The notes below the pieces were generated by a model. That model saw only the letters and a list, made by a program, of their open reading frames with translations, had not been told where the DNA came from and did not search any database. Positions 1-8,726 of a stretch of DNA of 64,000 bases are shown piece after piece. A program made the position numbers and the translations under genes. The DNA comes from Elusimicrobiota bacterium (GTDB lineage Bacteria > Elusimicrobiota > Elusimicrobia > UBA1565 > UBA9628): NCBI GenBank assembly GCA_016191335.1, contig JACPOW010000010.1:34469-98468 (forward strand), in the 5' to 3' direction. Position 1 is the stretch's first letter, and the number at the start of each line of letters is the position of its first letter.

Positions 1-924
1 CGGGGTAACATACGTCCATTGCAGATTCCCTGCCCCATCCGTAGTGAGGACTTGGCCAGCCAGTCCGTCGGCGGGAGGCAATTTGTAAGTGACCGCGGAA
101 GTGGCGTTCCCTGCCTGCAAAATGGTCGCATTAGGGCTAGCCGAGTTGTAGAGCTTCAACCCGCCCGTGGTAGCGCTAGCTTGTCCTGAGGTTACGACGC
201 CGTCGACATGCATTTTTGTCTCCGGCGAAGCCGCTCCGACCCCTACATTCCCGCCGCCGCTGAGCAAGATATTTTTGTTGGCTCCTGCTTCAAGATTCAG
301 ATTCCCCGCGGAAGGGTCTTGCGTCTTGATGAATGCGTCACCTGTCTCGAACGCGATCGTGTTCGGCACTCCGCCCGTCGCGGGATTCTCCCCGAGGATG
401 ATCGTGTGATTCCCGACTTTGAGTGACCCGGTGACTGTAGCGCCTGAAGCGATAAGGCCGGTGACGGCGATAGTCGTCACGTTGACCTGAGTGACATTGA
501 GGACCACCGGCTGGGCAGTCGTGGCCTCAAGAAGAGAGCCGGCCTTCGTTGCGTAAGACGCCGAGTCGCTTCTAAAGGAGTAGCCGACGCTGACGACTCG
601 CTGGCGAGGGAGCGTCTGCGCGCCGACCTGGACCTCGATGTAGCGGTCGCCGCCGTCGAACACGAAGAGCGGAATGCCGCCCGTCGTCGCGTCGCCGACC
701 AGGACGTTGAAAGCTCCGGTTGAGACATTCACGCTCCGGCTTTCCGCGAAGAGCTGGTTCCCTCCGCTGGCCGCGTCGAAGATTTTAAAGGTCATCACCC
801 GGCTGCCGTTGACGAGCGCGCCGGATTCAAGAAGCCGTCCCTGGAAATTCAGGACCTGAGGAACGCACCAGGCCGAAGGCGCCAAGCCGCCCAGCAGGCT
901 GATGGTCAAAATGAACTTTCTCAT
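1..924 (-). CDS. Secreted repeat protein, N-terminal part only (gene continues past window start). Signal peptide MRKFILTISLLGGLAPSAWC, then LNFQGRL motifs and Gly/Thr/Asn-rich beta-helix-like repeats.
   Basis: Own translation of the reverse complement. ATG at 924..922 gives MRKFILTISLLGGLAPSAWCVPQVLNFQGRLLESGALVNGS..., open to position 1. It is missing from the ORF track because it is truncated. Sits 11 nt downstream of the PorV-like gene on the same strand. Confidence 0.5.
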   Translation of the reverse strand, partial: MRKFILTISLLGGLAPSAWCVPQVLNFQGRLLESGALVNGSRVMTFKIFDAASGGNQLFAESRSVNVSTGAFNVLVGDATTGGIPLFVFDGGDRYIEVQVGAQTLPRQRVVSVGYSFRSDSASYATKAGSLLEATTAQPVVLNVTQVNVTTIAVTGLIASGATVTGSLKVGNHTIILGENPATGGVPNTIAFETGDAFIKTQDPSAGNLNLEAGANKNILLSGGGNVGVGAASPETKMHVDGVVTSGQASATTGGLKLYNSASPNATILQAGNATSAVTYKLPPADGLAGQVLTTDGAGNLQWTYVTP

Positions 925-935
925 GGGGATTCTCC

Positions 936-1826
936 TCAGAACCTCGTACCGAGAGTAAATCTGTGCGTCCGGCCTAATTCGCCCGAGGGCAGCACGGCGT
1001 AGTCAATATTCCATTTTTCGTTCCGGAAGCCCAGGCCCAGCGTCAGACCCCGCGCCGCGTCAAAGCCCGATCCGCCGGTGATCGACGTCTGCGTCGTAAA
1101 GCCCGCGCGCAGATAGAGGTTCTTGATAGTCTGGTGCTCGCCGCCGAACGAGGCGTCCGTACCCGCGCCGCGCGGCCCGTTAACGACCTCGACCGCCGCA
1201 GCGTGACCTCCCGCGAACTTGTAGGCCGCACCAGCGGCCAATCTCAGCGGCAGATCGTTGCGCTGGTCCTGAAACTTGAGACCGGGACCGAGATTGCGAA
1301 GAGCTGCGCCGACGCTCACCCGGTCGAACGCGCGCTTCGCCCCGATATCCACGGCCACGCCCTGCGCCTCGGTCGAGCCGATATGGCTGCGCAGGTACTT
1401 GACCGTGGCCCCTAGATCGGCGATCTCAAGTTTGCGGGCGTAGCCCAGGCTTAACGCTGCGTCCGAAGCGTCGTAGCCCGCCGTCTGGCGGCCGAGGCTG
1501 TCGCGGCCGTCGATCTTGCTTTGGCTTAAGTAGGTGAGCCCCGCTGCGAACGTGCCGTGGCTCGTCGGATGCGCGTAGGCCAGGAAGTCGAGGCGCGTGC
1601 TCTCGAACATCTCCGCGTGGCTGGCCGTGAACTCGCGTTTCTCGAGCTTGGAGAGCCCCGCCGGGTTCCAGTAGAGCGCGTTGGCGTCATCGGCCAGCGC
1701 CGTATAGGCCCCGCCCATACCCAGGCCGCGCGCGCCCACGCCGATGTTCAGGAATGAAGCTGTTTCGGCCGCCCAAGTGGCCTGGGAGGTGAGGACGAGC
1801 AGTCCGGCGAGCGCGAGTTTTCTCAT
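936..1826 (-). CDS. PorV/PorQ-family-like outer-membrane beta-barrel protein (T9SS-associated family)
   Basis: 296 aa with signal peptide. N-terminal motif NIGVGARGLGMGGAYTALADDANALYWNPAGL is characteristic of the PorV/PorQ/UPF0164 beta-barrel family. Alternating beta-strand pattern; C-terminal aromatic residue (F). Confidence 0.6.
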   Translation of the reverse strand: MRKLALAGLLVLTSQATWAAETASFLNIGVGARGLGMGGAYTALADDANALYWNPAGLSKLEKREFTASHAEMFESTRLDFLAYAHPTSHGTFAAGLTYLSQSKIDGRDSLGRQTAGYDASDAALSLGYARKLEIADLGATVKYLRSHIGSTEAQGVAVDIGAKRAFDRVSVGAALRNLGPGLKFQDQRNDLPLRLAAGAAYKFAGGHAAAVEVVNGPRGAGTDASFGGEHQTIKNLYLRAGFTTQTSITGGSGFDAARGLTLGLGFRNEKWNIDYAVLPSGELGRTHRFTLGTRF

Positions 1827-4800
1827 TTAGCGGATAACGCCGACTTTCCCGGTCTTGCGGATGTCTGACTGCCCGGCCTTCCTGGCCGTCATCACGAAGG
1901 TGTAGACACCCGAGCCGACGCCCGATGCACTCCAAATATGGTCGTAGGTATTCTGTACGCCTTTGCCGTTGCCGTCGTCGATCGCTCCCAAGAAGCGGAA
2001 GTCCGAGGACGAGTGAATCTTTCTACCCGAGAGGTCGTAGACGCGCACCTCGATCGAATCGACCGAGCCCGGCTGCATCCGGAAAGTAACGGCCGAGCCG
2101 TTCCGCGAAGGATTGGGGTAAGCGTAGCCGTCGCGCAGGCCGAAGTCGTCGAGGGCGGCCACGCCGATGCCGCCCAAGCCGCCCACTTGGTAGGCCGAAA
2201 AGTGATTCGTCTGGGCGTTGACGGTCTTGTTTTGCTTGTCCACCGTCGAGGGCATGACCTGCCAGTCCTTGAGCGTCGGGTTCCAGTAATAGACCTTGAG
2301 GTCGTCTTCCTTGATGCCCTGGGCAGCAATCAGATTGGCGTCGTAGGGTAACGTCAAGGTCACGGGTGTGCTGAAGGTCGTGCCCTCGGGGCCGTATTGG
2401 ACTTCTTCGGAAACGGCCGTGATCTTCATTTCCTTGCGCTTGGCGGTCTTCTGCTCCTTGTCCTGGTTCTCGTCGCCCTTGTCTACCGTGATCTCGAGGT
2501 CGGCGGCTAATGCGCCTTTGGGGACGTGGACGCCCGCGCCGTCGTCCCGCTCGATCTTTGCGCCGTCCTTGTGATCCACGACGCGCTTGGCCGCTTCGAT
2601 AGCCGGTGATGAGGCCGCCCCGCCGCTGGCAATGTGACCTGCGGTCGGCAAAGCGTAACGTACGATGCGGTCGCGGCCCGTGTCAGTGATCCAGATTGAG
2701 CCGTCGGGGGCCACGGCCGCGTCGATGGGCTGCGTGAGATAGCGCTTGGCATTCTTGTCGGTGTGGGACAACCCCGCCTTGCTTCCGAAAGCGAACAGAC
2801 CCTTGCCCTGCGGGTCGAACTTCTGGATCCGGTCGCGGTTAGGCTCGACGACGTAGAACGCTCCCAGGCGGTCCGAGGCCAGGCCCCGCGTACGCGAGAT
2901 TTCGCCCACGGCCGAGTCCGCGCTGCCGATGGTCTTGATCAGGCCGCCCGACCGGCTGAAGAGGTGGATAACCTCAAGCTCTTTGTCCGAGACCCACAGG
3001 CCTTCGGAGGTGAGCGCTATGCCGCGAATCTCGGACGTTGAGAGAAGCACGCTTTGGCCGAACTGGCGCTGGAAGATTCCCAAGGAATCGAACACCTGGA
3101 CGCGGCGGTTGCCCGAGTCGGCCACGTAGATGTCGCCGTTGCCGTCCACTGCTACGTCGAAGGGATGCCTCAGTTCTCCGGCGCCCGACCCGGATTTGGG
3201 CCGGCCCTGGCCGTCCGTCTTGCCGAGTTGGAGCAGAAGGGTCTGCCCGTTGGGGGAGAGCTTCACCACGCGGTCGAGATCCCTGTCGGCCACGTACAGG
3301 TTGCCGGCCGCATCCAGCGCCAAGCCCTGCGGGGTCTTGAAGGTCAGGCCGCCCGAATCCTCGTCCTCGTCGTCTTTGTCCTTCTTGCCATGCTCCTTCT
3401 TCTGCCCGCTATGCCCCGGTGCCTGGCCTGCCTCGCCGAGCAGGACTCCTTCAGGGCTGATCAGAAGGATCTTGTCGTTCTCCGTGCTCGCGACCCAGAT
3501 CGCTCCGTCCGAGCGAACCGCGATTCCCGTCGGCCCTTTGAGCGTCGATACGATTGCGTCCGAATCCTTGCGACCGATCGCGAAGCTCCTGACCGGCACG
3601 CCCACGAAAACGGCCGCAGTCGCCGAGGCGGCGTTCCCGAAGGTATCGACCGCGCGCAAGCGCAAAGTCTGAGAGCCTGAAAGCGAAATCGTGTTCCATA
3701 TGGAGATAAGGCCCGAGAGGTTGCCCGCGCCGGAAGCAATCGTCGTAAAGCCGCCGGTCGCCGCCGTGCCGGGTGCGGATTCAAGAGTCCAATTCACGGC
3801 GCTGGCGTCCGAGACCGCGCCGCGCACGTTCACGGCTCCTCCGATAGCCTGCTCGACGCCGAGGCCCGAGGCGCCGGGATAATCCAGGCGAACGAGCGGC
3901 GGCATCGTGTCGGAGGACGGGCTCGTAACGATGACGGAGACGGTCTTCGCTGCTTCCTGATTGCCCGCACGGTCGCTGCTGCGGAATATGAGCGCGTGGC
4001 TGCCCGGGCTGAGGAAGAACGCCGTCGCGAAGACGGCTTCGGCCGCGCCGTCTACGGAGTAGCGGGTCTCAAGGACGCCGGCGCCGGAGTCCGAGGCGGT
4101 GAAGCTTACGATGTCGGTCGAAGCGATGATGAGGTTCGTGCTTCCGGCGGCAAGCCCGTTGATGAGCAAAGTGGTCAGCGGCGGCAGGCTGTCGATAAAG
4201 AAGGTCGAGGAGGCGGAGGCGGCGTTGCCCGCCAAATCGGACACGGATGCTGTGACCGTGTGCGTGCCCTGCGCGAAGGCGGCGCCGGGCGTGAAGCTCG
4301 CTGAGGAGGCGATGATCGTGGCCGAGGAGGTCAGGTCCTGGCCATCGAGGTCCAGACGCACGGAGGCAGGATCGACGCCTCGACCCAGGTCCGAGTAGGA
4401 GGCAACGAGCGTAGGCGTGGTCGTCGTGATCGTGCTGCCGTTAACGGGCGAGAGCGCCAGCGCAGGCGGCGTAGCGTCGAAGAGCAGTACATTGATCGAG
4501 ACGGTTCTTTCGGGTTCGGCGTTGCCCGCGCCGTCCACGCTATGGAAAGCAAGAGTGTGTGCGCCCGCAGCTAGGCTGAAGGTCGAGACGAATACGGTCT
4601 CGGTCGAGCCATCGAGCGCGTAGCGCGTTTCGAGGACGCCGACCCCGGAGTCGATCGCGGAGAAGCCCAGCGAATCGGTCGAGACAAGGAGCAAGCTCGT
4701 CGCGGAAGAAACCAGGCCATTCACAAAGAGTACCGTTGCCGGGGGCTGTCGATCTCCGCTGACATAAATGTAACCGAGCCCAAGGTCGATGTCCTGGGTC

Positions 4801-5033
4801 GAAGATACCCCGATGATCGCTTGGCCTCCCGACGTTTCTAGGGTTGTCCCGCCGGCCTCCGAATTAGCGCCGGTTTCGGTGAGAGCCGCCGCCTCCAACT
4901 CAAACTGGGCTGCGGCCTCGGGAGCCGTCAGGCATAAAGGTAGGAGCGCCAACAGCAGACTCCATGTGCAGGTGCGCGATTTGAATCCCATTGGCCCCGC
5001 AGAGAGGGTAGGCGAGACCGAGCGGAACCGCAA
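1827..5033 (-). CDS. Large cell-surface protein: signal peptide, Ig-like (Big) domains, NHL repeats, and a C-terminal T9SS type-A sorting domain (Por_Secre_tail-like)
   Basis: NHL-type repeats (IWVASTENDKILLISPEG, LYVADRDLDRVVKLSPNG, IYVADSGNRRVQVFDSLG). Repeated Ig-like segments. C-terminus YPNPSRNGSAVTFRMQ...VRVYDLSGRKI...GVYTFVMTARKAG...KVGVIR matches the T9SS CTD pattern. More canonical start is probably the in-frame ATG at 4991 (MGFKSRTCTWSLLLALLPLCLTAPEAAAQ). Confidence 0.75.
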   Translation of the reverse strand: MRFRSVSPTLSAGPMGFKSRTCTWSLLLALLPLCLTAPEAAAQFELEAAALTETGANSEAGGTTLETSGGQAIIGVSSTQDIDLGLGYIYVSGDRQPPATVLFVNGLVSSATSLLLVSTDSLGFSAIDSGVGVLETRYALDGSTETVFVSTFSLAAGAHTLAFHSVDGAGNAEPERTVSINVLLFDATPPALALSPVNGSTITTTTPTLVASYSDLGRGVDPASVRLDLDGQDLTSSATIIASSASFTPGAAFAQGTHTVTASVSDLAGNAASASSTFFIDSLPPLTTLLINGLAAGSTNLIIASTDIVSFTASDSGAGVLETRYSVDGAAEAVFATAFFLSPGSHALIFRSSDRAGNQEAAKTVSVIVTSPSSDTMPPLVRLDYPGASGLGVEQAIGGAVNVRGAVSDASAVNWTLESAPGTAATGGFTTIASGAGNLSGLISIWNTISLSGSQTLRLRAVDTFGNAASATAAVFVGVPVRSFAIGRKDSDAIVSTLKGPTGIAVRSDGAIWVASTENDKILLISPEGVLLGEAGQAPGHSGQKKEHGKKDKDDEDEDSGGLTFKTPQGLALDAAGNLYVADRDLDRVVKLSPNGQTLLLQLGKTDGQGRPKSGSGAGELRHPFDVAVDGNGDIYVADSGNRRVQVFDSLGIFQRQFGQSVLLSTSEIRGIALTSEGLWVSDKELEVIHLFSRSGGLIKTIGSADSAVGEISRTRGLASDRLGAFYVVEPNRDRIQKFDPQGKGLFAFGSKAGLSHTDKNAKRYLTQPIDAAVAPDGSIWITDTGRDRIVRYALPTAGHIASGGAASSPAIEAAKRVVDHKDGAKIERDDGAGVHVPKGALAADLEITVDKGDENQDKEQKTAKRKEMKITAVSEEVQYGPEGTTFSTPVTLTLPYDANLIAAQGIKEDDLKVYYWNPTLKDWQVMPSTVDKQNKTVNAQTNHFSAYQVGGLGGIGVAALDDFGLRDGYAYPNPSRNGSAVTFRMQPGSVDSIEVRVYDLSGRKIHSSSDFRFLGAIDDGNGKGVQNTYDHIWSASGVGSGVYTFVMTARKAGQSDIRKTGKVGVIR

Positions 5034-5087
5034 GACCCCCTTACGGCGGCCGGGATCATCGACGGAGAAATCAGCGCTTTGGTCCGA

Positions 5088-5105
5088 CCTTCACTTTTCC
5101 TTCAC
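5088..5105. promoter_or_regulatory. Direct repeat CCTTCAC-N4-CCTTCAC (11-bp periodicity) in the promoter region of the NHL/T9SS-cargo gene. Candidate OmpR-family response-regulator binding site.
   Basis: Read directly from the 5034-5192 intergenic region. Spacing matches OmpR/PhoB-type direct-repeat sites. The adjacent upstream gene is an OmpR-family regulator. Confidence 0.3.
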
Positions 5106-5192
5106 ATTTCTCCTGAGGGCAGTCATGGGTTGACTGCTGCGCTCAGGGCCAGAAGCGTGGACGAGGAGGGCAATATTTGCGCGTCATCAAGG

Positions 5193-6416
5193 TCAGCGCG
5201 TATCGCCGATGGACTTCGCACCAGTCTCAGTTCGTTGCGCGCGATCGGGATTGAATCTGTAGCCCTCGCTTCGGACCGACTCGACCAGATTACTGAAACG
5301 GCCGAGCTTGTGCTTGAGGTTGCTCACGTGCTTACGCAGTTTTTCGGAACCGAGCTCCGGCCACGCACTGTAAAGCTTTTTAAAGATGACCCTGTGGGGC
5401 ACCGGGTTCCCATTGGCGCTCATGAGCAAGGCAAAGAATGCGCTTTCCGTGGGCGTCAAATGGATGTCGGTGCCATCCGGAATTCCGAGACGATGTTTCT
5501 TCATATCCAAGCAGATTCCATTCACTCGGATGACTCCGCGCGCATCGGCTTGAAAGCGATGCCGCCAAAGCATGCGCCTGATGCGGGCTTGCAGTCGGAG
5601 CGGCGGCGTCGTTTTGACGAGGTAGTCATCCGCGCCGATCCCAAAACAGGCGGCTTCCTGCTTGATTCTCGGGTCTCCAGTCAGGATAAGAATCGGGAGG
5701 GAGAAGGTCCTTTCCTGCTCCCGAAGTCTTCGGCAGACTTCGCGGCCGTCGATTCCCGGCATGTTCAAGTCCAAGACGGCGAGATCCGGCATCTCGCTGG
5801 CCGCCAGGCGCAGCCCTTGGGCTCCTGTCGAGGCCCAAAGGATGCGGCAGTTCATGGCGCGCAGAACGACGCTTAACAGCTCGGAGGTTTCGGGCTCGTC
5901 GTCAACAACGAGAATCGTATGTTGATATTCGGGACCCGCTTCAGCATCCAAGGGCAAGCCAGTTGTGATGCCGTTGATCCTGCGTTTAGCTGAAGCGGCC
6001 ATCTGCATCGGAATCAGCGCTTCGATGTGCCTTAGAAGCGGCTTTTCGTCTAGAGACATCTCTCCAATCCGGGCTTTGTCCAAGAAGAAGTCGGCTCCGG
6101 TTTTCAACGCATTCCGCCGATCCTTAGGCGACGGGTTCTCACCCGAAACGATGATGACGGGAACCTTATTCGTGCCATGATGGCGTTTGAGGGCCTTTAA
6201 GGTGTCGTGCCCTGAAAGACCTTCGCCAAGGACCCAGTCGAGGAGAATCAGATCGGGCTTATTGTCGGCGCAAAGCCGGATCGCGTCCATGCCGCTGCTG
6301 ACATGGATAGAATCGAGGCCGTAGGCCTTGAGATGTTGCGAAAGAAAGCGCGAATAGAGAGGATCGTCATCAACGACTAAGATTCGAGGCAAGGGCCCTC
6401 CCCGGAATGGGCCCAT
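5193..6416 (-). CDS. Response regulator with two receiver (REC) domains and a C-terminal OmpR/PhoB-type winged-helix DNA-binding domain
   Basis: ILVVDDDPLY...DLILLDWVLGEGLSGHDTL (REC1); ILVVDDEPETSELL...DLAVLDLNMPGIDGREVCRRLR (REC2); C-terminal LTPTESAFFALLMSANGNPVPHRVIFKKLY...EGYRF (trans_reg_C). Confidence 0.8.
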   Translation of the reverse strand: MGPFRGGPLPRILVVDDDPLYSRFLSQHLKAYGLDSIHVSSGMDAIRLCADNKPDLILLDWVLGEGLSGHDTLKALKRHHGTNKVPVIIVSGENPSPKDRRNALKTGADFFLDKARIGEMSLDEKPLLRHIEALIPMQMAASAKRRINGITTGLPLDAEAGPEYQHTILVVDDEPETSELLSVVLRAMNCRILWASTGAQGLRLAASEMPDLAVLDLNMPGIDGREVCRRLREQERTFSLPILILTGDPRIKQEAACFGIGADDYLVKTTPPLRLQARIRRMLWRHRFQADARGVIRVNGICLDMKKHRLGIPDGTDIHLTPTESAFFALLMSANGNPVPHRVIFKKLYSAWPELGSEKLRKHVSNLKHKLGRFSNLVESVRSEGYRFNPDRAQRTETGAKSIGDTR

Positions 6417-6533
6417 TATAGCTATTGCGTGCGAAGAACGGACGGCGGCCTGTCGCTGTCATTCGGACTCACAGAGCAAGATGAAGACTCACGCCGCTTC
6501 CTTAGCGGTAAAGAAGTCTTGGACTCATTACAA

Positions 6534-8726
6534 CTAGCGCCGACGCGAGCGCAGGGCCGCGAGCGAGCGCGCCGCGGCGGCGTGGCCGGGGTCGAGGCGC
6601 AGGGCCTCGGAGAGGTGCTCCTCGGCGGCGGCCCAGTCCTTGCCCCAGGCCAGCACGGCGAGGTTATACCGCGTCTCCGCGAGCGGGTACAGGGCCAGGG
6701 CGCGCCGGTAATGCGCCTCGGCGCCGGCGGCGTCGCCCAGCTTCTCGTGGGCCACGCCGCTGTGGGTGGCGGACTCGGCGGCCTGGCGGCGCAGGCCGGA
6801 GACCACGGCGGGCAGGGCCCGGTAGCGCTCGGCGAGCTCGAGCTTCTCCGCGAACAGGCCGTCGGCGGCGGCGTAGGAAACGGCGGCCTCGGCCATGCGC
6901 CCGGTGCTCGCCTGGACGTAGCCGAGGAAGAGGGGGATGTCGGGGAACTGCCAGGAGGCGGCCCAGCCTTCCTGGAGGAGGGCCTCGGCCTCGCCGGAGC
7001 GGCGCTCGCGCTGGAGGGCGACCGCCTCGCGGAAGTCGGCGGCGGCGTAGCCCTCGATGAGGTCGCGCGTGAAGAAGTCGGGCGCGTCCTCGGCGCGGCG
7101 CGCGCCGCGGCGGACGAGCAGGTCGCGCGGCAGGCCGCCGGCGACGCCGGAGTACGCCTGCAGGAGGCCGCGGGGAGAGAGCCCCGGCGCGAGGGGCTCG
7201 GGAGGCTCGGCGTCCTGCGTCATCAGCACCGGGACGCCGGCGACGCCCAGCGCCTTCCAGCCCTCGGGGACGGCGAGGCTCGTGACGAGCAGCGCATGGT
7301 CGCGGCGGCGCCAGTCGGCCTGATACCACGGCGCGCCGGCCAGGCCCTGGGAGACGACGCGCAGGTCGGGGCGGCGCCCGGCGACGGTCTGGTAATGCCA
7401 CAGCGCGTACAGCGGGACGTCCTTCTTGGCGACGACGACGGAGCCGGAGGGCGCGGCGCGGAAGGCGTTGGCGGCGAAGTCGAGCGTGTGGAAGTGCGCG
7501 CGGCGGTCGAGGCGCTCGGGCACCGCGCGCGCCAGCGGCCAGGCCAGGACGGCCGCGACGGCTAAGGCGCGGCGATACTCGCCGAGGGAGGCGACGCCGC
7601 CGGCCAGCCAGAACAGGAGCACCGCGTCGGAGAGCAGGTAATGCGGGTCGATGATGGCGGCGGCGTGCGGGTTGGGCGGCATGTTGGCGAGGAACAGGAA
7701 GACGGGCCCGGCCCACCACCACGCGGCCAGGCGGCCGTAGAAGCGGGAGCGGTCGTGGCACAGGTCGGCGAACGCCCCGAGGGCGGCCAGCGCCAGGGCC
7801 GGCCCGAAGGCGTCCCACAGGTGCGCGCCCCACAGGCGCAGGTTGTCGGCGAACAGCTCGCCGACGCCGTAGTTGCGCGAGATGAGGTCGAGAGTGCCGC
7901 CGTAGCGCGTGCGCAGGAGGGAGTCGAGGAGGTTGGCCGGGGCGGCGGGGTGGTTCCAGTCGAGCAGCGGCCCCGTGGCCGAGCGCACGGGAAGGTACAG
8001 GTACACGGAGAGGCCCGCGAGGCCGGCGCCCACGCCCCAGGCGATCCGGCGCGCCGCGCCGTCGCCGCGCGCCCGCGCGAGGAAGGTGCCGGCGATGAGC
8101 GCGGCGGCGGGGAGGTTCGAGCCCGAGAGGGCGGAGACCGCGGGGAACAGGAACAGGGCCGCGCCGAGCCAGAGGCCGTCCTCGCCCCGGGCCGAGGGAC
8201 GGGAGGCGAGCGCCAGCCACACGAGGCCCGGAGCCAAGAGGATGAGGTCGAGACGGTTGGCGAGCAGAAGCCCGCACAGGTAGCAGAAAGCGGGCCACAG
8301 GCGCTCGGAGGGGTCCTCGGACAGGCGGCCGGCCAGCGCGATCAAGGCGACCGCGCTCAGGACCCACAGGGAGTACATCTCGGAGACCTGGGACACCGCC
8401 CAGAAGCCGGGGTTGAGGGCGAGGCACGCCGCGGCCGCGAGGCCCGCCCAGGCGCCTTTGCGCGGGCGGAGCGCGGCGAAGAGCAAAGCGCAGGCGGCGG
8501 CGCCGGCGACGGCGGAGAGGAGGTTGAGGCGGTAGGCGGGGTTGCCGAGCGGGACCAAGGACGCCAGGCGGCCGAGCAGGACGTACAGCGGGTAGCTCGT
8601 CGGGTGCGCGACGCCGAGCGTGGAGGCGGCCACGGTCATCTCCCCGGTGTCGCGCCACGGCGCCAGCACCGGGGGGAGCTTGGCCAGGTACAGCGCGAGG
8701 ACGCCGAGGAAGACGCCGAGGCTCAT
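6534..8726 (-). CDS. DUF2723 (GT-C fold, PMT/ArnT-like polytopic glycosyltransferase-like) membrane protein with C-terminal TPR repeats; paralog 2
   Basis: In-frame ATG at 8726 (MSLGVFLGVLALYLAKLPP...) overlaps the upstream stop as ATGA. The track ORF 6534..9104 has a spurious N-extension. Multiple TM helices, then TPR (AEAHYRRALALYPLAETRYNLAVLAWGKDWAAAEEHLSEALRLDP). Confidence 0.7.
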   Translation of the reverse strand: MSLGVFLGVLALYLAKLPPVLAPWRDTGEMTVAASTLGVAHPTSYPLYVLLGRLASLVPLGNPAYRLNLLSAVAGAAACALLFAALRPRKGAWAGLAAAACLALNPGFWAVSQVSEMYSLWVLSAVALIALAGRLSEDPSERLWPAFCYLCGLLLANRLDLILLAPGLVWLALASRPSARGEDGLWLGAALFLFPAVSALSGSNLPAAALIAGTFLARARGDGAARRIAWGVGAGLAGLSVYLYLPVRSATGPLLDWNHPAAPANLLDSLLRTRYGGTLDLISRNYGVGELFADNLRLWGAHLWDAFGPALALAALGAFADLCHDRSRFYGRLAAWWWAGPVFLFLANMPPNPHAAAIIDPHYLLSDAVLLFWLAGGVASLGEYRRALAVAAVLAWPLARAVPERLDRRAHFHTLDFAANAFRAAPSGSVVVAKKDVPLYALWHYQTVAGRRPDLRVVSQGLAGAPWYQADWRRRDHALLVTSLAVPEGWKALGVAGVPVLMTQDAEPPEPLAPGLSPRGLLQAYSGVAGGLPRDLLVRRGARRAEDAPDFFTRDLIEGYAAADFREAVALQRERRSGEAEALLQEGWAASWQFPDIPLFLGYVQASTGRMAEAAVSYAAADGLFAEKLELAERYRALPAVVSGLRRQAAESATHSGVAHEKLGDAAGAEAHYRRALALYPLAETRYNLAVLAWGKDWAAAEEHLSEALRLDPGHAAAARSLAALRSRRR

